Assembly: GCA_020536535.1 (NCBI GenBank)
Contig: JAHLWZ010000950.1
Coordinates: 1-39,162, forward strand
Reading direction: 5' to 3'
DNA: 39,162 bases
Source of the DNA: Pelomyxa schiedti
Taxonomy: Eukaryota > Protista > Evosea
The notes beneath the pieces were generated by a model. The model had not been told where the DNA came from and made no database searches. It worked only from the letters and a program-made list of their open reading frames with translations. The position numbers and the translations under genes were made by a program. Each line of letters opens with the position of its first letter. Position 1 is the first letter of the stretch. Below, one piece after another: positions 32,834 to 39,162 of this stretch.

Positions 32834-35716
32834 ATGAAGAGCAAACGGTGGCCAAGAAACAAAGCGTCACAACAACCGAACTCGGATGGGGGCGTTCCCA
32901 TTATCACACCAACCACAGAATCGCCCGCCTCTACCACCACCACAACAACCACGACGACTACAACCAACCAGCAGCAACATCACCACTCCCAACAACAGCC
33001 GTCCATAAGATCCAGCAACACCAACGCACCGTCGCCGTCGCCACCACCGTCCCACAATAGGGGAGGACCCAACAAACCTACATCAAAAACCGTGTTCACC
33101 GTCCCGTCGCCACCCGGGTCCAATCCCACAATCAAGAACGAGGACGAGGCCGACGACGTGGGGCAGTCTCAGTCCGCCTCGGCCACCAACACCGTGACCG
33201 CGACCGCCAACTCATGTCACTCATCCGCAACGAACACAACAAATAGTAGCAGGCAAAACAGCAGGGCCAAGTCTCCGAGTGTAAAGCAACTGCAGAACCA
33301 AAATCAAAGTCAAAGTCAAAACCAAAACCAGCAACATAGGAACCAAAAAACAGCGGCTTTGGCTGCTGGGCACACTCACAATCACAAACAGTCATCGTCT
33401 TCATCCTCAAAGGGTGCAAGTCATGCAGTTGCTTCTGCAGTGAATCCACGTGTGGTGTTGAAGACTTCTTCTTCTGCAAAAGGCCCGCTTCGCAATCGCA
33501 ATGATCCCAAGAAAAAGCCAAAGCAGAGTCCTGTTGAAGTTCTGGAGAAAGACAAGCGCGGCGAAGGTGATGATGAGGATGCTATCTCTGAAGAAACGAG
33601 TGGCGATGCACACAGGTTCGTGGGGCACAACGTTTGGGAGAACGAGGACGACGATTCCGACGATGTCCGCTTGCGTGCTGATTCTATGCCAAGTTTGTAA
33701 AAGCTTTCGATTCTTTGTTTCTTTTCTGATTTCCTAACTCACTCCAAAGAGGCAAGGTCTCCTTGCTCGTCTTCCTCATCACCGCGCGGGGAAGATACGG
33801 CTCCGGTCTATACTTCTAGTTCCGCTCTTAAAACTCCCGAGGCCAGCTCCAGCTATCCAACCTCCAGTATCCCGATTCTCTATGGAAACTCCATTAGGGC
33901 GGGTGCTTCTGGTATTGGGCTCTGCGGACCTGGTTCATTGGCCATGGATTCTGGTTACATAAGAGTAGCTGTTGTCCCAGTGTCTCCACCAGGTAGCGTT
34001 CTTTCTGAGGAAATATATAAAAAGCCAATCCCCTCAAGTATCCCTTCCATGTGACTGGAAACCTCCAATTGGGAAGATACTGGGAGTGTCCCTGAGTACT
34101 ACTTGGCAACAGTTTGTGACGCTGGTGACTGCTACCTTCAACATCTCAGCCACACCACTGAAGTTTTATCTTGCTGCGCAATGTAATTGTTCTGACACAG
34201 TAACTGGCTTATCTGTGCAAAAACCACCAGTCGAAACCAAGTCATCCCTCACATCTGCTTTCCCAGTCTCGGGAGAACTGAGTGGTGACCTAGCACTTTT
34301 ACGCGACGGTGACCTGCTTTACGTTGCAACGCCAGATGTTTTACATGCCCATCCTCTTCTATTTTATCAGCATGACCGTTCCAATAACCTACACGCTGGT
34401 ACTTTACCTTCATTCTATAAATTTTTTTGACAATAACAGTGTGCTCTCCACAGTCCCGCTCCCACTTGCATTCCAGACCTGGAGGAGGCAAGAAATCAGA
34501 TTGGGTTTCACTGAATGTGGGCGGCCGAGTGTTTACAACAACCAAATCCACCTTGACAAAATGCCCAGGTTCAGTTTTTTCTCTGGTATTTATTGCCTTT
34601 TCTTTACCAAGTTTACGAATTTTCTTTTTAGATGTTCCGGGATGACTGGGACTCCACACGTGACTCCCAAGGGAACATTTTAATTGACAGGAGCCCCGAA
34701 TACTTTGAGGTGATATTAACCTACCTGAGAGGTGGCTCACTTGTCATAAATCAAGGCCTTAATCCGCTTGGCGTTTTTCAAGAGGCTAAGTTCTTTGGCC
34801 TGACCGATTTGCAGCACAAACTCAAGGTGTGATTCCTTTTTTTTCCCACTGTAACTGAGATTCCCTTGAGATTCTCGTTGATGAACAGCAATGCACTGAT
34901 GGTTTCTCCAGAAAAGACTTTGTCGGCATCTTGCTGTCAGCCTCAACAAATAGTTCTTTGAGATGTCAGGGTCTCAACCTTGCCGGCATCAATTTGGTGA
35001 GTTGCTTCTAATCACGCTGTGGTCTAACATAATTACTACGTAGTCAAAACTGGATCTCTCACACATCAACTTCAAAATGACCAACTTCCGGAATGCGGAC
35101 CTCAGCAATTGCAGCCTTGATTATTGCCTGCTCCAAGGTGCCACATTCGAGGGTTGCAACGCAACAAGAGCAAGCTTCAGGGGTTCAAACCTCTGTGGTG
35201 CCAACTTATGCAACGCCAATTTCCGGGGTGCCAATTTCGAAGGTCCAATCCCCTTTCTCCTCAACGCACTTCACCCCACCCCACCACAACACAAACACAC
35301 AAACAACAACAATAGCACAACCCGATTTTCAAAACCATTCACGCAGAAACTCCCAACACTCAAACAAGCCAGTAGCCAACAATATGAAATATATATACAT
35401 ATAGAAAGCACACAATCAACTCACACAAACACACACAACCAATCGCACAGACCGCGGGGGGGTTCCAGCCAACCTCGAGGGAGCCAACATGCGGGGAGCC
35501 GTTCTCGAGGACGGGAACCTGTGCGGGGCGGACCTGCGCGCCGCAATCCTGCGCGGGGCCAACCTCTCGAACTGCAACCTGCTGCGGGCCAACTTCGCGG
35601 GCGCCGACCTCGAGGACGCAGACCTCAGGGGAGCCAACCTACAGAAGGCAAACCTGGCCAGCTGCAACCTCAAAAACGCCCTCCTAGACTTCAAGACTGT
35701 GAACTCCCGGTCCTAA
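32834..35716 (+). CDS. KCTD9: KCTD9-like protein: low-complexity N-terminus, KHA/ubiquitin-like domain, BTB, pentapeptide repeats
   Basis: KHA end LALLRDGDLLYVA. BTB DWVSLNVGGRVFTTTKSTL...LIDRSPEYFEVILTYLR...QEAKFFGL. LRCQGLNLAGINLSKLDLSHINFK followed by A(N/D)Lxx pentapeptide repeats. Confidence 0.9.
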
Positions 35717-35789
35717 TGCATGCTAACTAATACTACTGCTGGAACATCCGCATCATCGTTCACTTCATCAATGATTAATTGTTCCGAGA

Positions 35790-36824
35790 ATGATCAAGTT
35801 TGTTTTTTTCCTGTCCAATGTTTAGGCACTGGATAACAACCAGCAGCAGAGGGAATAATAATAATGGTCATGAGAGGTGGGACGTGAAGGCAATGACAAT
35901 GTTTTTGTGTGGGTGGCACACGAGGGCTGGTGCCAACAGCGTGATGTTCAGGCTCAATGTCCCGCACGAAATCGCAGCAAAAATCGTGAATATAGTGGCC
36001 CTTAGTATGTATGAATTTCGTATTCTCTTTCTCTGTTATCCATCTCAAAATACTCATGTATGGGATTAACTACAGGTTGCATTGGCGCGTATGACAAACG
36101 GGAAGAAAGTAGCGGCTTCCAATGGAAAGTTCTTGGAAAGGGAATCAATGTTGATGTACATCATGACATTGTGGAGTGGGTTCTGCCCCCAGGTGTGAGA
36201 CAGAGATGCGGAAGCTCATGTGAGGGCAGGGTAGCTTGGCTGGAGCCATCATTGCAACAAATGGCAAGGCCATCAAGGAGAGTCTGCTGGGGATTTGAGG
36301 TCCTGAGGTTTAAGTCAGGGGCTTGTCAGGTTCCTTCTTGTTTTTGTGTCTTTGGACACATTCAAATCATTCCTTCTGATTCAGGAAGGAATCGGCGCAA
36401 TTGCATCTCCTCTTGGGTATCTTTGCATTCTGGACTTCTATTTCCCAATCACAAACCCTGGGTTCTGCTGGAACATGTATCCCTTCACTTCATTTGGACT
36501 GGACATGCCCAATGGCCAATGCTGCCGTGATGCCAATAGATTGCCTTCCAAGAAAGTGGAACGAGCATTCAAAGTTGTGGCTGGTGACCAATTCTCTTTC
36601 ATGCTGGAATTTGAGCCAAACTTCAAGAGGGGAAGTGTTCAGATTTTCAGGAATCTGGCTCCACTTTTCAGCATCGACGAAGTGAATACAGCCCTCCCAC
36701 TTTTCCCTGCCATACAAATGTGCTGCAAAGCAAACAAGTATCAGGAACCCAGCACTTCCGCCTTCAATCTCATAACAATTGCAAAACAATGCCATTTTTA
36801 TTTTGGTGTGGGGCAGATTTTAGA
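35790..36824 (+). CDS. SPRY/B30.2-like domain protein with N-terminal 'GWHTRAG' box; 3' end uncertain
   Basis: MTMFLCGWHTRAGANSVMFRL...IAAKIV. C-terminal GDQFSFMLEF...GSVQIFRN...PLFPAIQM fits the SPRY terminal strands. Confidence 0.6.
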
Positions 36825-36901
36825 GAAGAAAGGAGAAATAAGCTCCTGCCAACCCAGTCAGGCTTTTGCCCAAGAATCAGGCTTTTCAATTTTTAAAATG
36901 A

Positions 36902-39162
36902 TTACCCTTTTTTCCCTCTCTTGGTGGGAGTTTGTGTTTTTTTGGACTTTGAGGTGTGATCAGTTGCGGTGCGTCGCCGCTTTTCCAAGGGTGGTTGTGT
37001 GTGGGCTGCTGGCTTTTCTTGTGGCTTTTCTGCTGTTTTATTCAGTGTTATTTCTAGAATACCCTCTGGATTGTCTTCTGCCCTTTCCTGTTCACCATCT
37101 GATGGAGGAGTACATGGTGAGGGCTCAAGGTGCAAGGCGGGTGAAGAGGTTTCCAGTGAAGGCACATCTGTGGATTGTTCATCTGTAAAAAAAGTTAGGA
37201 TTATGTGGGTGGGTCATGTTGTGCCTGTTGTTTGGGGGGTAACAATCCCATTCAGCGTATCTTGGCTGGCAATAATAGGTCTCTGTATGAAGGCAGAGGT
37301 GCTTGTTGGGGGAAAGGTTTCCCTTGTTGTTGGAGGTTGCTGAAGAAGAACAGGTGGGGCTAGAGGAGTAAGCACAGTGAAGGTTGCGGTTTGTTGAATT
37401 TGTGATGCATTTCCAGGTTGTAATGTGCAAGGAGAAGAACTCAGGGAAGGTACAGTGGTATCAACTTCCTCAATTTGTGGACCAGTCTGAATTTCTTTAG
37501 ATACAGTCAGTGCTGGGCTGGACTGAGAGGGGTTGTAAACAATCATAGAATTCGTTGTAGTAGATGTGGGGGAGGGAAAATCTCCTGTATCTGACAGAAC
37601 CAAAACCAGATGGCAGTTTCTTTGTGCCACAAAGATATAGTGCAATAGGAATTCATCATCTTAAACCAACTCGTATGGGTGCGGAGATATCTCCCCCAAC
37701 AGTGAAGATGAACCTGTTATACTTCAGGAAAGGGCAACCCAGAGAAAGTCATACCTCATGAGTCAAGGTGTCTTTCAAAAAAATGTTTTATATTTGCAGA
37801 CACCGAAGTGTCAAGTCCCAGGTAATTCAGGTTATCCCAAAGAGCAAGGGCACACAAATTGAAGCCAGAATCAAAACCAACCTGAAGCAGGTGAACATCT
37901 GGTCTTCCTCCAACCACAGAGTACAAGCAGTGGAGTATATTAATCCATGAGTTCATAGACAGACGCAGCATTGGCTCAATAGGGGAGGCTGCTGGGAGAT
38001 AATGGACAAGCCGCTGATCCACATCCACTTTGAGAGTGTTCCCCTTGAAGGCCTCATGAATGTGAAAATGCTGTTGCAGACCATCACGGCAGTAGAACTG
38101 CATTACAGCAACTTGTGTACCCTTTTTACATGGGCCACCAGCAGGAATTTTGAGATTCTTGGAGGCTATCAAGACAATGTTTGGCTTCAAAAGCTGTAGT
38201 CCTGGAGTTGGCATTTGAAATACTCGATCCCAATCCTCTTGAGTAGAAATCATCACAAATAAACCTCATAGAGATCAATAGAAAGTAAAAGCAAATCACA
38301 ACCTTACATCCATTTGTTGTTAACTGCTCTAAAGTCCCACCAGATGTGAAGTTGTGCCCATGGAGAGAGGGCTTTACAAAGAAAGGAAAGAAAGTTATGA
38401 GTTAAACAAGGCTTTACAGAGAAAGCTACCCTCTTCACTTCGGCAATGAGCCAGCTGTAGACACTTTCTCATGCTGGGTGCAGATCCAACTAAACGATGT
38501 CAGAATCTTAATATACAACAAAAAGGAGTTGGCAGCAAACTCAAGATATGTGCAGATAAGGTCCCAAGGCAAGTGCCATAGTTTGATATAAAAATAAGTT
38601 TCATTGGTTTGTATCGGCTCTTGTATTGTGGTACCAAGACTGAAGTGGTGCAATCAATCCATTAGAGTATTGTTCCCGCAAGATAGGAATGCCATGACGA
38701 ATATTGCTAGCTTTCCAACATTCATGATGAAGTAGAAAGCTTAAGAAAGGTAAATATATGTGCAGAGTGAGGAGGTTTTCAACCTTGAGAGCCTCAAGAT
38801 GAACAGAAACACTTTCACAGTCCACAGTGACTTTGGTTTGGTAGGACTTTTTGGTGCAAAGAAATCCGGTGCCAAGGCATTACTCTTGACCATACAGTCC
38901 AAGTTCCTGGGAAGGAGCTGCTGAGCATCTTCCAGGAGATGGTTTTTTTGAAGTGAGCGATGTTATATTCATCTGTCTCATTGTGGTTTGGTTTCAAAGC
39001 AGTAGAAGGTAGAGCTCGCACAACCACAAATTCTGGAATTGTCTAAGATGAGTAAGATGACATGCAAAACCACAGATAAAGAAAAACCGCAGTGGATCTG
39101 TTTCTGCATGTAGCTTGGGTTTTTTATCTTCCTCTTCAATCTGGGCTTGAAACGATGCCAGA
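36902..39162 (-). pseudogene. 3' part of a large hypothetical gene with frameshifts and stops (pseudogene or assembly errors); Pro/Thr-rich basic tail
   Basis: Coding-like ORFs 38815-39027, 38601-38825, 38435-38653, 37756-38256 and 37214-37645 switch frame without usable introns, some at A7/T7 runs. One in-frame TAA near 37661. Confidence 0.45.

Noticed and set aside
1-39162. Alternative genetic code or stop-codon reassignment
   Set aside because: All conserved genes translate cleanly with the standard code and end in TAA or TGA; in-frame stops occur only in decayed fragments.

Overview
Eukaryotic, very compact, intron-rich genomic DNA. Most introns are about 40-50 nt GT-AG, many intergenic spacers are 50-300 bp, and the genetic code is standard. 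The family motifs and style resemble the anaerobic amoeba Pelomyxa (Archamoebae); that assignment is inference. I spliced genes by hand. Recognisable genes: a divergent class I fructose-bisphosphate aldolase, a BAR-PH-ArfGAP-ankyrin protein, an MFSD1-like transporter, a Cbl-TKB-like (4-helix + EF-hand)/ricin-B lectin fusion head-to-head with a RING/TRAF zinc-finger protein, an ependymin-like secreted protein, an RRM-NYN nuclease, eIF2B-beta, ATG3, an LRR protein, a RING/B-box/Sel1 protein, a KCTD9-like protein and a SPRY-like protein. There are also lineage-specific genes, pseudogenes and a probable transposase remnant. Best leads: (1) a possible split, glycan-sensing Cbl-like E3 or 4-helix effector pair at 12.2-15.4 kb; (2) a recurring 'GxHxRxG..S...L' box fused to different substrate-binding folds; (3) an aldolase that has lost its 6-phosphate site; (4) one-LRR-per-exon architecture; (5) CpG depletion confined to repetitive or decayed genes. 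No tRNA, rRNA or CRISPR array was found.
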